From: Desulfobacterales bacterium | GTDB lineage: Bacteria > Desulfobacterota > Desulfobacteria > Desulfobacterales > UBA5852 | DNA length: 64,000 nt | Direction: 5' to 3' | Assembly: GCA_963674755.2 (NCBI GenBank) | Contig: CAXXVS010000001.1 | Coordinates: 832,001 to 896,000, forward strand | Part shown: in pieces, positions 20,706 to 30,968 of the stretch | How the letters are laid out: each line of letters begins with the position of its first letter | Numbering within the stretch: the first letter of the stretch is position 1 | Position numbers and translations under genes: made by a program | Notes under the pieces: model-generated | Database searches by the model: none | The model's input: the letters and a program-made list of their open reading frames with translations, nothing else | What the model was told of the DNA's origin: nothing

Positions 20706-21362
20706 CTAAGACAAATGGATACTGTTGATGAAGTTTAAAAACGATGGATAAAAAGAACGGATATATTGTTCCCCGATTTTGAGAGCTTCCGCTTTCCCAA
20801 TGGACTGCATGGGAATGGAAATCCGAACGAAGGCGCTTTGGCCATCGTTCCGGAAAAGATCGTTGTAAAGGACATACATTTTGTTGAGATAGGTGTCGGT
20901 GGTGGTGAGATCGAAGGCTTGGTACCAGTAGATGATTAAATGCGACTGCTGCCCCAATTGCGCTTCCATCACCGCATAGTTGACCTGATGTTCACCGATG
21001 GAAAGCATGCCGGTCTGCGGTTTGGTGGTGACCCAACCCTGCGCCGGGAAGCAGACGAGAGGCGAATGCGCTTTCGTTGCCTTGTCGGCGGTGTAGTAAT
21101 AACCGATGTAAAGGTTCAGCGAATCGGTGCCGTGAAGATAGGCGGCATAAACATAATCGTCCAGCGCGAGGAAATCGTAGATATTTTGCTCCAAGGGAAT
21201 GCTGCCGGCATAGCGGAAGTTATTGAAATCGTGGAAATAGTGCTTCAGCTTGACGTCAGGGGGAGCGAAGGGCCTATGCGTTTTGCCTGGCAGGGCCGCG
21301 ATGCTTGTCAGGGCCAGCATCGCAATGAGAATGATTAACTTATAGTGTATTTTTTTTCGCAT
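20706..21362 (-). CDS. epsI: EpsI family exosortase-associated protein
   Basis: LYIGYY, HSPLVCFPAQGW, IYWYQ, AFVRIS; directly follows the exosortase. Confidence 0.88.
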   Translation of the reverse strand: MRKKIHYKLIILIAMLALTSIAALPGKTHRPFAPPDVKLKHYFHDFNNFRYAGSIPLEQNIYDFLALDDYVYAAYLHGTDSLNLYIGYYYTADKATKAHSPLVCFPAQGWVTTKPQTGMLSIGEHQVNYAVMEAQLGQQSHLIIYWYQAFDLTTTDTYLNKMYVLYNDLFRNDGQSAFVRISIPMQSIGKAEALKIGEQYIRSFYPSFLNFINSIHLS

Positions 21363-22201
21363 CGAGCCAATGGCTTGTATAGAAGGAGCAGGATGCCCAT
21401 GGATATCAAAAACACGGCCATGCCTAGTGCCGTGTGGGCGAGGCCGGTGCTGAGGTCCAGTCTAAAATAATAAAAGAGCATTATCAGCGACACGACCCGG
21501 ATGATGTTGACCATAATTGCGACCGGTATGCTTAAAGCGACCAACATCAATTTGATCTTTTTTAAATTGAGGGTGAAGTAGCCGACGATAATGCTCAGCA
21601 CGACCAGGGTCATGATCGAACGCATGCCGCTGCAAGCTTGTACGATCTGGAAAGTCTTGTCCGGCAGCGATATGACGTTCCCCTCCCGGTAGATGGGTAT
21701 GCTAAAAAGGCGCACAATGAATTCACTGGCCTGGGAAACCTTCAACTGCAGCGGCAGGGTGGCGGCCGCATACAGCCAAGAGGGGACGGGGACCAGCAGG
21801 AGAAAGAGCAGGAACGGGGTGGCGAGGATGTGAATGGCCCTCGGCCCGATCAGGTAGACGCATGCGCCGGCCAGAAACAAGATCATGGCGAGAGAGGTCA
21901 AGGTGTTGATTTGAGCTTTCAAGGCCACGATGTAAAAGCACAGTGAAAAAATGACGACGAACAGCCCGATTCCAGATCCCCTCCACAGATCGACCTTTAG
22001 CATCAGCCGCTTCTGCCAGACCATGAAGAGCACGATGGGAATGGTCAGAAAGGCATGTTGATAGTCGTCCAGGAGGGTCCATTGGCTGAAAAGGTATTTG
22101 AAAACCGGGAAAAAAGCGAAGCCGCCCAAAACGACCAACACACCGGTCAAGGTGTAGATGAGCGTTCCATGGTCATTGACGTTTGGGGAGGATCGCCGCA
22201 T
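21335..22201 (-). CDS. Exosortase (EpsH/Xrt family)
   Basis: About 8 TM; DYQHAFL, IYREGNVI, catalytic VQACSGMRS, NIIR and H(TALG). Confidence 0.92.
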   Translation of the reverse strand: MRRSSPNVNDHGTLIYTLTGVLVVLGGFAFFPVFKYLFSQWTLLDDYQHAFLTIPIVLFMVWQKRLMLKVDLWRGSGIGLFVVIFSLCFYIVALKAQINTLTSLAMILFLAGACVYLIGPRAIHILATPFLLFLLLVPVPSWLYAAATLPLQLKVSQASEFIVRLFSIPIYREGNVISLPDKTFQIVQACSGMRSIMTLVVLSIIVGYFTLNLKKIKLMLVALSIPVAIMVNIIRVVSLIMLFYYFRLDLSTGLAHTALGMAVFLISMGILLLLYKPLARCEKKYTIS

Positions 22202-22215
22202 TCGTTATCGTCGGG

Positions 22216-23640
22216 TCAAACCGCCCCCTTTTTGAGCAGCACCGCGGGGATTGTTTTGAAGAGAATAATAAAGTCCAACATGAGGGACCAGTTGTTGATG
22301 TATTTCAAATCTAATTCGAGCCATTCCGAGAACGGCAGATTGGACCTGCCGCTGATTTGCCAAAAGCATGTCAAACCAGGTTTGACACTGAAGCGCTTGC
22401 GCTGAATACCCTTGTCAAAGAGGTCGACGTCCCTTACCGACATGGGCCTGGGGCCGACCAGACTCATTTCCCCTTTCAAGACATTGATCAGTTGCGGCAG
22501 CTCGTCGAGGCTGGTGCGCCGCAGGAAACGCCCCACCCTGGTAACGCGGGGGTCATTGGCCATTTTGAAGATCGGTCCCTCCGCCTCATTTTGTTCCTCC
22601 AGTTCCGCCATCAATTCTTCGGCGTTGGGAACCATGGAGCGAAATTTGAACATTTTGAAAGGCCGTTTTTTCCAGCCGATGCGATCCTGGACGAAAAAGA
22701 CCGGGCCGGGTGAATCCAGCTTGATAGCCAAGGCGATGATTGCCATTAGCAGCCCAATGATCGGCAGGAACAAAAGCGTCAAAAAAAGGTCGAAGCCCCG
22801 TTTGATGAGCAGCTTGACTTCGTCTTGAACAACTGGCTCCAGGGTCATGAGAGGGATTTCCGCAAACTCGACGATTCTGACGCGCACGACCCGGAAATCA
22901 AAAAAATCGGCCATGAACCTGACGCGGACGCCTTCTTCTTCACAGGCGAAGAAAACATATCCCACGGACTCGAGCATACTCCGGGGGGTGGCGATGACGA
23001 CTTCGTCGACCACATTATTCTTCAATATCTTATGGATATCCATCACACTGCCCAGCACCGGGGCGCCGTCCACGATCTGGCCGGTCATGGAAGCATCGGG
23101 GTCGACGTGGCCGACGATGCGGATCCCCCATTCGGCTTCAGCTTTGAGCTTTTTAGATATCATTTGGGCACGCGGGCCCGTGCCGACGATCAACAGCTGG
23201 ATGAAATTTTTGCCTTTTTTAAGCGAAAAGCGAAAATATTGAAGGATTGCGATTCTAATCAGAATGAGGCCGAGCGTATTGCAAACCCCGAATACAATGA
23301 CGATAAATCGGTTGACGTAGGTGATGTCGAAAATGAAGACCATCAGCAAAATGAGTGCGAGGGCTGTGATCATCGAGTTTACAATAGCAATAATATAGAA
23401 AAGCAGGGAGGCGCCGCGGGGTTGCCGATAAGCTCCAAAATAGGAAAGGAAATAGAGAACGAGTGCCAGGAAGAGGGGCAGGACAGACATGTGCGAAAAA
23501 AAATCGATTGTTTCATAATCGACAACCTCGGACAAAAAACCTCTGGACCCGTAAAAGGCGACTATAAAGAAAATAATCGTGACGGCTGAATCCAGAAGCG
23601 TCATCAAGCGATCGAGCTGATTTGATTTTTCCTCAAACAC
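22216..23640 (-). CDS. Priming polyprenyl-phosphate sugar-1-phosphate transferase (WcaJ/WbaP-like)
   Basis: N-terminal TMs; KRGFD, FKFRSM, DPRVTRVGRFLRRTSLDELPQL.NVLKGEMSLVGPRP, KPGLT. Confidence 0.95.
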   Translation of the reverse strand: MFEEKSNQLDRLMTLLDSAVTIIFFIVAFYGSRGFLSEVVDYETIDFFSHMSVLPLFLALVLYFLSYFGAYRQPRGASLLFYIIAIVNSMITALALILLMVFIFDITYVNRFIVIVFGVCNTLGLILIRIAILQYFRFSLKKGKNFIQLLIVGTGPRAQMISKKLKAEAEWGIRIVGHVDPDASMTGQIVDGAPVLGSVMDIHKILKNNVVDEVVIATPRSMLESVGYVFFACEEEGVRVRFMADFFDFRVVRVRIVEFAEIPLMTLEPVVQDEVKLLIKRGFDLFLTLLFLPIIGLLMAIIALAIKLDSPGPVFFVQDRIGWKKRPFKMFKFRSMVPNAEELMAELEEQNEAEGPIFKMANDPRVTRVGRFLRRTSLDELPQLINVLKGEMSLVGPRPMSVRDVDLFDKGIQRKRFSVKPGLTCFWQISGRSNLPFSEWLELDLKYINNWSLMLDFIILFKTIPAVLLKKGAV

Positions 23641-23680
23641 TTTTTACGAAGCCATCTCTTTCTCGAGGTATAAAATGCCC

Positions 23681-25261
23681 TTAAGCACCGGAAAGTTTGC
23701 GCATTAGATCCAGGCAGGCCTGCCGGTCCACTTTGCCGCTGCTATTTTTGGGCAGGGAACGAACGAAATGCAGTTCCTGCGGGTGCTTATATTTCGGCAG
23801 CCGCTCGGCGATCTGTTGCATCAACGCCTGTCGTTGGTCGCCATCCTCTTTGGCCACAGCTATGGCTGAAAGTTTGTTCCCGAGGAGTTCGTCCGCTAAC
23901 CCCAGAACGGCGATCTCCACCAGAAACCCCGTGGCCATCATGGTGTCTTCGATCTCCTGTAGACTGATGCGGTGCCCCCCGACCTTGAGGATGTTGTCTT
24001 TACGCCCTTCCAGGAACAGAAAACCATCCTCATCGCAAAAGCCGACATCGCCGGTGTGATAACCGTGGTCATCCAGCGCTTTAGCGGTCGCCTTCGGGTT
24101 TTTCCAATAGCCCATCATGATATTGCTGCCGGCGCCGACGATTTCGCCGACTTTTCCGGGGGGTAGAGAATTGCCCTCTTTATCCAAGACCTTCATGGTG
24201 ACCCCCGGAATTCCAATGCCAATGGATTCCAATTTCGTTCTCAGATGTTCGGGCGGCAGATAGGTCAGTCGCGCCGCCGCCTCGGTGGCGCCGTACATGA
24301 TGAAAAGCTTGGTGTGGGACGGTAAAATACGAAGCAGTTCCTGCTTGATGTGCGCGGACATGTGGCCTCCGGCCTGGGAGCAGTATCGCAGCGCCGGCAA
24401 TTTATCGCGGTATTTGGCGAGCGGTGATCGGTGCAGGAGGTAGGCATATGTCGAGGGAACGCCGGAAAAGCCGGTCACTTCTGCCGCCGCCATTTCCTGT
24501 ACCACTGCTGCCGGGTAGGCAAACTTGTTGTTGATCACCACGCGCCCACCGGCCGCAACATGGGTGTTGAGCAGGGATTTGCCCATGACGTAGAAAAACG
24601 GCAGCACAGCCATCTGAATATCGTTGGCAGTCAATTCGAGATAATCGCAAATGGCATTGGCATTGTCGACAATATTGCGGTGGCTCAACATGACACCTTT
24701 GGGTTTGCCAGTGGAACCGCTGGTATAGATGATGCTGGCCAGACAGTTGGCATCCAAATCAAGCTTGGAGGTGTCGCCTTCGGATGATGGCGTCCTGACA
24801 ATTTCGTCGAGCGCGGCCACTTGAACCGAGAGCGCCTGCCAGGCCAGCTTAGGGTTGCCGATAACGATCAGCGGCCACGGGTAATCCGTTGCTTTCAAAA
24901 GGCGCTCGAAACGCGATGTCGCGATGACCGCCGAGGGTGCCAGCTCTTCGAGCAACGGTTTGAGGGCAGCCGGCTTGAGATCGGTGCTCAAGGGCACTGC
25001 CACTGCCCCGGCTTTCAGGATCCCGTAATAGACCATTACGTAGTCGATGCCGTTTTCCATGATAAACGGCACCCGATCGCCGGGCGCGATGCCGTTGGCG
25101 ATCAGCCAACGGGCAAAGCGGTTAGTGCGCCGGTTGAGCTCGCGGTAGGTAACCCTCTCTTCCTGGTGCACCACCGCAATTTGATCAGGGTGGAGCGTGG
25201 CGCTGCCCTCAAGGAAGTGATGGATCAGCTTGGCGGTGTGGCGTGGGGCGGTTTGCGTCAT
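23681..25261 (-). CDS. AMP-forming acyl-CoA/acyl-ACP ligase (adenylation enzyme)
   Basis: YTSGSTGKPKGV, YGATEA, HTGD.G, GRKD, LPKNSSGKVD. Confidence 0.93.
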   Translation of the reverse strand: MTQTAPRHTAKLIHHFLEGSATLHPDQIAVVHQEERVTYRELNRRTNRFARWLIANGIAPGDRVPFIMENGIDYVMVYYGILKAGAVAVPLSTDLKPAALKPLLEELAPSAVIATSRFERLLKATDYPWPLIVIGNPKLAWQALSVQVAALDEIVRTPSSEGDTSKLDLDANCLASIIYTSGSTGKPKGVMLSHRNIVDNANAICDYLELTANDIQMAVLPFFYVMGKSLLNTHVAAGGRVVINNKFAYPAAVVQEMAAAEVTGFSGVPSTYAYLLHRSPLAKYRDKLPALRYCSQAGGHMSAHIKQELLRILPSHTKLFIMYGATEAAARLTYLPPEHLRTKLESIGIGIPGVTMKVLDKEGNSLPPGKVGEIVGAGSNIMMGYWKNPKATAKALDDHGYHTGDVGFCDEDGFLFLEGRKDNILKVGGHRISLQEIEDTMMATGFLVEIAVLGLADELLGNKLSAIAVAKEDGDQRQALMQQIAERLPKYKHPQELHFVRSLPKNSSGKVDRQACLDLMRKLSGA

Positions 25262-25438
25262 GGGTGGTGAGAGGATCCTAATTTGATATAGATCTAAATT
25301 CTCGCGATTTATCCCGTCCGCTTTGCCGATGCTTGGCGTGTAACAAAGGGAATTTCAAAACCAAAGGCAAAAGACCGATATTAAACACCTTTCAAGGCGA
25401 TAACTAAATAATTCGATCTGCTAAAGGCGCTTGGTATT

Positions 25439-25687
25439 TTATGTTGATAGCTTGCGTTCGATAAACGCGTCGACGTTGGTAATGGAATCGAGATTTTCGG
25501 GGACCAGTTCCTCGTCCTCGATTTTGATGTTGAATTCCTGCTCCAGGAAGTCCACGAGTTCAAGAATGCCCGTGGAATCGATGATACCTTCGTCAAGAAA
25601 GGAGGTCTCTTCCGTCAGTCCGTCCGAGCTGCCGAACATGAAGTTGTCAACTATGAATGCTTTGATTTTTTCTTTGTGTGCTGGCAT
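25439..25687 (-). CDS. Acyl carrier protein
   Basis: 82 aa, acidic; GIIDSTGILELV phosphopantetheine-Ser motif. Confidence 0.92.
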   Translation of the reverse strand: MPAHKEKIKAFIVDNFMFGSSDGLTEETSFLDEGIIDSTGILELVDFLEQEFNIKIEDEELVPENLDSITNVDAFIERKLST

Positions 25688-25714
25688 TGATGACTCCTAA
25701 TGAATTCAGTTCTT

Positions 25715-25859
25715 ACAAGTGGTTTCAAAACCCCATCTAACGTCCGATGACTGCGTTACCGCCTTCTTCAAAATGCTCACATATCGTTGAATATGCTCCG
25801 CTTTTTCATCAGGCTGCGCCTTGCCCTCAAACGCTATCTACAGTTTTGAAACCACTTGT
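25715..25859. repeat. Hairpin element (core family B variant) overlapping the nadE 3' end
   Basis: 17-bp perfect arms acaagtggtttcaaaac / gttttgaaaccacttgt; core tgcgtt..gctcacata..tatgctccg..gcgccttg. Confidence 0.8.
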
Positions 25860-26864
25860 CGCGATCTCCGGCACATCGCCCGTCAGGAGTGCGGACAGAT
25901 GGAGGTAGCGCGTGGTTGAGCGTTTGGTGTCGATATCGTCGTATACCCGCTGCACCTGCTCCGGCGTTATGCCCACGTAAGGTGCCAGGGCATCGGGCGC
26001 TATCTGGTTGTTGCGGCCGTAAAGGCACAAATCCATTTTATCATGGGGCAATGAAAAATAAAACTCGTCCTGTCCCTGGGGCAGGGAATAGGTGTCGGTT
26101 GTAGGCGGTCGTTTGCGGATTTCCTCCGGAACTCCCAGATATTCCGCCAGCTGATAGACTTGGCTCTTGTAGAGGTGAGCGATGGGTTTGATGTCGGCGG
26201 CCCCGTCGCCAAGTTTGACGAAGAAGCCCTGATCGTATTCAAGGCGATTGGGCGTGCCGGCCACGGCAAAATTGAGACGGTCGGCGTGATAGTATTCCAT
26301 CATCTTGCGGATACGCTGCTTGAAGTTGGTGGCGGCGACGATTTCGAGATAGGCCTTGAGGGGCAGCCGTTTTTTGATCTCTTTTCCATCCGGGTCCCGG
26401 GCCACGATGGAAAAGAGGCTGAAGCCCTTGGTCGCGAAGACGCTCGGGATGACGATTTTGGATTTCCAACCCTCCGCGTATTCCGGGATCACCTGGCAAA
26501 CCGCCTCGTTGTAGCGCCGGTAAAATCCCACGGCTTCCAGGATGCCGGAGATGTCCTCATGCACATAGGTTACGCCGAAGGCCTCGGCGACGCTGCGGCT
26601 CAAATCAAGGGTTTCATCAGCGGAGTGGCGTTCGGGCATCAACAGGACAAGGACACGTTCCGGTCCGACGGCTTGGACGGCCAGGGCGGTGGTGACACTG
26701 CTGTCGATGCCTCCCGACAAAGCGACCACCAAACCCCGCCGCTTCAGGTCGTTGGCGAGGATCCGGCGGATGCGGTCACAGATGGTTTCGACTTCCTCTT
26801 GGGCATTCAGTTTCAGGACGTCTTCGGTCAGTCCGGTTTCGGATGGCATTCTTTTTCCTTTCAA
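25827..26864 (-). CDS. nadE: NH3-dependent NAD synthetase-like N-type ATP pyrophosphatase (EPS-locus paralogue)
   Basis: ALSGGIDSSV PP-loop, NFKQRIRK, GTPNRLEYDQGFFVKLGDG, YKSQVYQLA, PTTDT. Confidence 0.88.
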   Translation of the reverse strand: MKGKRMPSETGLTEDVLKLNAQEEVETICDRIRRILANDLKRRGLVVALSGGIDSSVTTALAVQAVGPERVLVLLMPERHSADETLDLSRSVAEAFGVTYVHEDISGILEAVGFYRRYNEAVCQVIPEYAEGWKSKIVIPSVFATKGFSLFSIVARDPDGKEIKKRLPLKAYLEIVAATNFKQRIRKMMEYYHADRLNFAVAGTPNRLEYDQGFFVKLGDGAADIKPIAHLYKSQVYQLAEYLGVPEEIRKRPPTTDTYSLPQGQDEFYFSLPHDKMDLCLYGRNNQIAPDALAPYVGITPEQVQRVYDDIDTKRSTTRYLHLSALLTGDVPEIATSGFKTVDSV

Positions 26865-28858
26865 TTCAACCGGTTTTCGGCATCTTGGTGGTAAATCTTG
26901 AGATCTTTGTGAAGGTGGGGGGGGCCGGACGGGAAATGCCGGACAAATTTTTCATCTAAAAGCTGGGTCGAGATGATGCCTACCAGGGCCATGTTTTCAC
27001 GTTCACTCAAAGCTCGGCCGTTAGGCTGCCGAGCTTTGAGCCCCAACTTCTGAACTTTGTGGGGGGCGAAATAACCGGATTCCTCAAGGCGCTTCTCCGA
27101 CAAAAGGTCCATCACATAGTCAGGGGGACTATATCCCACGAAAGCACTGCTGATGGGGGCCCGGTAGGGTTGTTTGGGGCGGTCGATCAACTTTTGGGGA
27201 ATCACGCCCCGCGCCGCCGCTTTCAATATATGCTTTTCGGTCAGGCCGAAGAGACGATAGCGGGAGGGCATGCGGAATGCCAGTTCGATGACGCGGTAGT
27301 CCAGGAACGGATAGCGGCCTTCCACCGAGTGGGCCATGGCCATGCGGTCCCCTTGGGAGCTGAGCAGATAATTGGTCAGGAACAACCGCATTTCGATGTA
27401 TTGCGCGCGCGATAAGGCGGGCCACTGCATGAAATCAGCTGGCAGCGAGGCGGCAAAACGCGGTTCGAATGCCGCGGTGGTGTCGATTCGGCTCTTCAGC
27501 CTGTCGGAAAAGAAATGCTGGAGCTGAGCGGTGTTGTGCCAGCGCGGCAGGTGCGAATAAAGCGGCGCGTCGGTGTGTTCCAGGTCCCTTTTGAAGAAGG
27601 CTTTCAGGTAATGTTTGGCCTTGTCGGAGCCTTCGGCAAAAATGTATGGGTAGAGCCGTTGGAGCAGCATAGGCCGCGTCTCGGAGTTCGGGTTCCGTGC
27701 CCAAAAGCGGCGCACCTGGGCTTCCTTGAAAATATTGTAACCGGCCATGATCTCGTCGGCACCCTCGCCGGTCAGCACAACTTTGAAGTTGGTTTCGCGC
27801 ACCAACTGAGCTAGCAGATAGAGCGGGGCCGGTGCAGTGCGCAGGATCGGCGTTTCAGTGTGCCAGATCACATCCGGAAAAATTTCGCCAATGCTGCTGT
27901 CGGTGCAGGTCGTCATGCGGTGCTCGGTTTGCAGGCTTTCGATGGCCAGCTTTTGAAAAGGGCTTTCGTCGAAGCGCTGGTCGCTAAAACCCACCGAGAA
28001 GGTGCACAGCCGGTTGTTGAAATGGTTTTTGACCAGCGCACTGGTGTAGGTGCTGTCGATGCCGCCGCTCAAGTAGGCCCCCACCGGAACGTCGGCCCGC
28101 AGCCGGATGCGCGTGGCATCCAGGATAAGAGCCTTGAATTCCTCCAGCCATTCTTCGAAAGGGCGCTCGCTGGGATCGGTGTTTCCGGCAGGGATCGTCC
28201 AGTAGGGGGTAATGCGAATCCCTTTTTCCGAAAATTCCGCGTAATGACCGGCCGGGATCTGACGCACACCGGCAAAAGAGGTGCGATCATCCACCGGGGT
28301 CCAGCAGGTGAAAATGTCCGTAAGAGTTTGGGTGTCCAACTCGCGGTGGATGCGGGGATCGGCAAACAGCGCCTTGATTTCGGAGGCGAACTGCAGGCGC
28401 CCTCCGTTGAGGGCATAAAACAGGGGACGGATTCCCACACGGTCGCGGCCCAGCAGAAGCAGCCGTTTGCGGGCATCCCAGATGGCGAAGGCAAATTGAC
28501 CGTTGAGCTTTTCGAAAAGGGCGGGGCCTATCTCCTCGTAAAGGTGGACGATGACCTCGGTATCGGTGGTCGTGTAGAAGTTGTGCCCGCGGTTTAAGAG
28601 CTCTTCGCGCAATTCGGGATAGTTGAAGACTTCCCCGTTGTAGACGATCCACACGCTACGGTCCTCGTTGTGGATCGGCTGGTCTCCACAGGACAGATCG
28701 ATGATGCTCAGGCGGGCGTGTCCCAGCCCTGCCCCGCGATCCAGATAAAGCCCGGCAGCATCCGGGCCCCGGTGGTCCAGAAACCCGACCATGCGCTGGA
28801 GCAAGGGCTGCATGTCTTCGTGATCTTTGAAATCGATGATGCCGGCGATACCGCACAT
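26861..28858 (-). CDS. asnB: Asparagine synthase (glutamine-hydrolysing) family amidotransferase
   Basis: MCGIAG, HRGPD, NGEVFNY, LSGGIDS, TGEGADE, SVEGRYPFLD. Confidence 0.92.
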   Translation of the reverse strand: MCGIAGIIDFKDHEDMQPLLQRMVGFLDHRGPDAAGLYLDRGAGLGHARLSIIDLSCGDQPIHNEDRSVWIVYNGEVFNYPELREELLNRGHNFYTTTDTEVIVHLYEEIGPALFEKLNGQFAFAIWDARKRLLLLGRDRVGIRPLFYALNGGRLQFASEIKALFADPRIHRELDTQTLTDIFTCWTPVDDRTSFAGVRQIPAGHYAEFSEKGIRITPYWTIPAGNTDPSERPFEEWLEEFKALILDATRIRLRADVPVGAYLSGGIDSTYTSALVKNHFNNRLCTFSVGFSDQRFDESPFQKLAIESLQTEHRMTTCTDSSIGEIFPDVIWHTETPILRTAPAPLYLLAQLVRETNFKVVLTGEGADEIMAGYNIFKEAQVRRFWARNPNSETRPMLLQRLYPYIFAEGSDKAKHYLKAFFKRDLEHTDAPLYSHLPRWHNTAQLQHFFSDRLKSRIDTTAAFEPRFAASLPADFMQWPALSRAQYIEMRLFLTNYLLSSQGDRMAMAHSVEGRYPFLDYRVIELAFRMPSRYRLFGLTEKHILKAAARGVIPQKLIDRPKQPYRAPISSAFVGYSPPDYVMDLLSEKRLEESGYFAPHKVQKLGLKARQPNGRALSERENMALVGIISTQLLDEKFVRHFPSGPPHLHKDLKIYHQDAENRLN

Positions 28859-29015
28859 AATTAGAAAACCTTAAGGAAGAAAAGACAGTTAAGGAAAGCG
28901 CTACACCATGAAGAGCATGAAGGACATGAAGATATAAAAATGAATATATGGCTCCGCCTGGTCAATTCCATGGGCGGTGGTTTGACGGAGAGCAGCAAAT
29001 TATCGATTTTCTCTC

Positions 29016-29031
29016 AGCATGTATTGTGCCA
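29016..29031 (-). promoter_or_regulatory. sigma54 promoter for the asnB-nadE-acp-ligase-transferase-exosortase operon
   Basis: Minus strand TGGCACAATACATGCT; correct GG-N10-GC spacing. Confidence 0.7.
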
Positions 29032-29445
29032 GGATAATATTACATCATAAAATTAAATGGTTATGGGAGGTATAGGTTGTATGGAGAGGCGTATTGCGCC
29101 TGCCAGGTCTCAAAATTACGGTTTTCAGGAAGCGTTATCGTGAGAACTGGGAAAAAATTTACCTAATTGGCAGTAGGATAGTAGACTATAGGTTGATAGG
29201 CTGTCAGGCTGTAGGGCAAACAGATAGTAGGCTGAAAGCTCAAAGCTGAAAGAATAACCTGCTATTTTATGGGGTTCCTAACAGTCCGGACTGATTTTAC
29301 CATGAAGAGCATGAAGGGTAAACATAAAGGCTGATTACCACGAAGGGCACGAAGAACATGAAGAAAAAGGTATTAGGCTGGGCTGAAAGATGCCATCAAC
29401 TTCTTCATGAATTTCATGGGAAAATGCCTTTTTGATTTTCCTCTT

Positions 29446-30792
29446 CTATGAAGCGTAATAGCCTTGCTGCCGAAGCAGTGTGGCAAGGGACGTCTGGGCT
29501 TGTCTTTCCCCATGGACCAGCTTGACGGCTCCCGGTTTCTCGGGCATGGATGCGAGCCAGTCGATGAGTCCCTTTTGATCGGCATGGGCGGAGTACCCGG
29601 TTAGGGTGTGAACGCCTGCTTTGATCGTTCGGCGCTCCCCGTCGAGGATGGTATAGCCGCCCGGCTTTTTGGCATATTTTTGAATCGCCCGGCCTGGTGT
29701 GCCGGCGGCCTGGTAGCCAACGAAGAGAATGTCGTTTGCGGGATGTTCGATGCCATTTTGCAGGTGTCTGACGATCCGGCCGCCGGTGCACATGCCGCTG
29801 CCGGCCAGAATAACAGCGGGGCCTTTGCTTTCGCAGAGCTTCAAATGGTCCCTGTGATTTTCCACCGCGTACAAGCCGTGAAAATCGATGGGATGGTCCC
29901 CCCGCTGTTCCAGGTCGCTGGCCTCCGTGTCCCAATATTCGGCGAGCCGGGCATAAATTCGGGTGATCTTGAGCCCCAAGGGCGAATCAACGAAGACGGG
30001 CGGGCGTTGCCTGCCTTGGAGCTCCGGGAACATTTCCTGGTAGCGGGGATCGGTAAAAATCCGGTCTATTTCATAGATCAGTTCCTGGGTGCGACCCAAA
30101 GCAAAGGCCGGGATGAAGACTTTGCCGCCGTCCGCCAGTGTCCGTGTGAGAACGGCCCCGAGTTGTTCGATGCGCTGATGCCGATCGGCGTGACGTCGAT
30201 CGCCGTAGGTGGATTCCATAACCACCAGATCGGCATTGTCCGGCGGCTCGGGGTCCACCAGGATGGGCGTATCTGCTGCGCCGATGTCCCCGGAAAAGAG
30301 GGCCGACCAGCCGCTTTTATCATCCTGAAAACGGATGAAGCTGGATCCCAGGATGTGGCCGGCACGTTTCAGTTTGAAATTTACGCCGTTGGTGAGATCG
30401 AAGGGCTCGCCGTATTCGAATCCCCACGAAAGTTCGTCGATGCACTTTTCAAGGCGCTCAGCAGTCCGGTCGGATTTTCCCGAAAACTGCATGGCATCGG
30501 CCAGCATGGGTGCCAACAGTGCCTTGGTGGGATGGGAGCAGATGATCTCGCCCTTGAATCCGTTTTCGATCAACTCGGGCACCCGGCCGATGTGGTCGAT
30601 GTGGGCGTGGGTGAGAAACAGATAGTCGATTTCGGCGGGCGAAACCGGCCATTGGTCCATGGAGTGCTGCGCATCGCTCCCCTGGGCCAGGCCGCAGTCG
30701 ACCATGATGTTGAGGCCGTTGAGCTGCAGGAGGTGGCAGGAGCCGGTGACGCAGTGCTCGGCGCCGAGATGGGTTAGGCGATAGTTAGCCAC
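29446..30792 (-). CDS. MBL-fold beta-CASP ribonuclease (YSH1/TTHA0252-like)
   Basis: VTGSCHL, DCG, THAHIDHIG, AGHILGS, SGDIG, ESTYG, PAFALGRTQE, SAHAD. Confidence 0.93.
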   Translation of the reverse strand: MANYRLTHLGAEHCVTGSCHLLQLNGLNIMVDCGLAQGSDAQHSMDQWPVSPAEIDYLFLTHAHIDHIGRVPELIENGFKGEIICSHPTKALLAPMLADAMQFSGKSDRTAERLEKCIDELSWGFEYGEPFDLTNGVNFKLKRAGHILGSSFIRFQDDKSGWSALFSGDIGAADTPILVDPEPPDNADLVVMESTYGDRRHADRHQRIEQLGAVLTRTLADGGKVFIPAFALGRTQELIYEIDRIFTDPRYQEMFPELQGRQRPPVFVDSPLGLKITRIYARLAEYWDTEASDLEQRGDHPIDFHGLYAVENHRDHLKLCESKGPAVILAGSGMCTGGRIVRHLQNGIEHPANDILFVGYQAAGTPGRAIQKYAKKPGGYTILDGERRTIKAGVHTLTGYSAHADQKGLIDWLASMPEKPGAVKLVHGERQAQTSLATLLRQQGYYAS

Positions 30793-30968
30793 AGATCACC
30801 AAAGATGAACACGGATTAAGAAAAAATTTACCATGAAGGACATGAAGCGCATGAAGAGATAAAGTGACTAAAAAAAGACAATTACCACGAAGGGCACGAA
30901 GAACGCGAAGAACACAAGGATATACTTTAAGAATGTAAGCCTTTAGGTCGGTGGGCAGACGGTGGGAC

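Noticed and set aside
29608..30777. 389-aa + strand ORF
   Set aside because: Antisense shadow of the beta-CASP gene; no motifs
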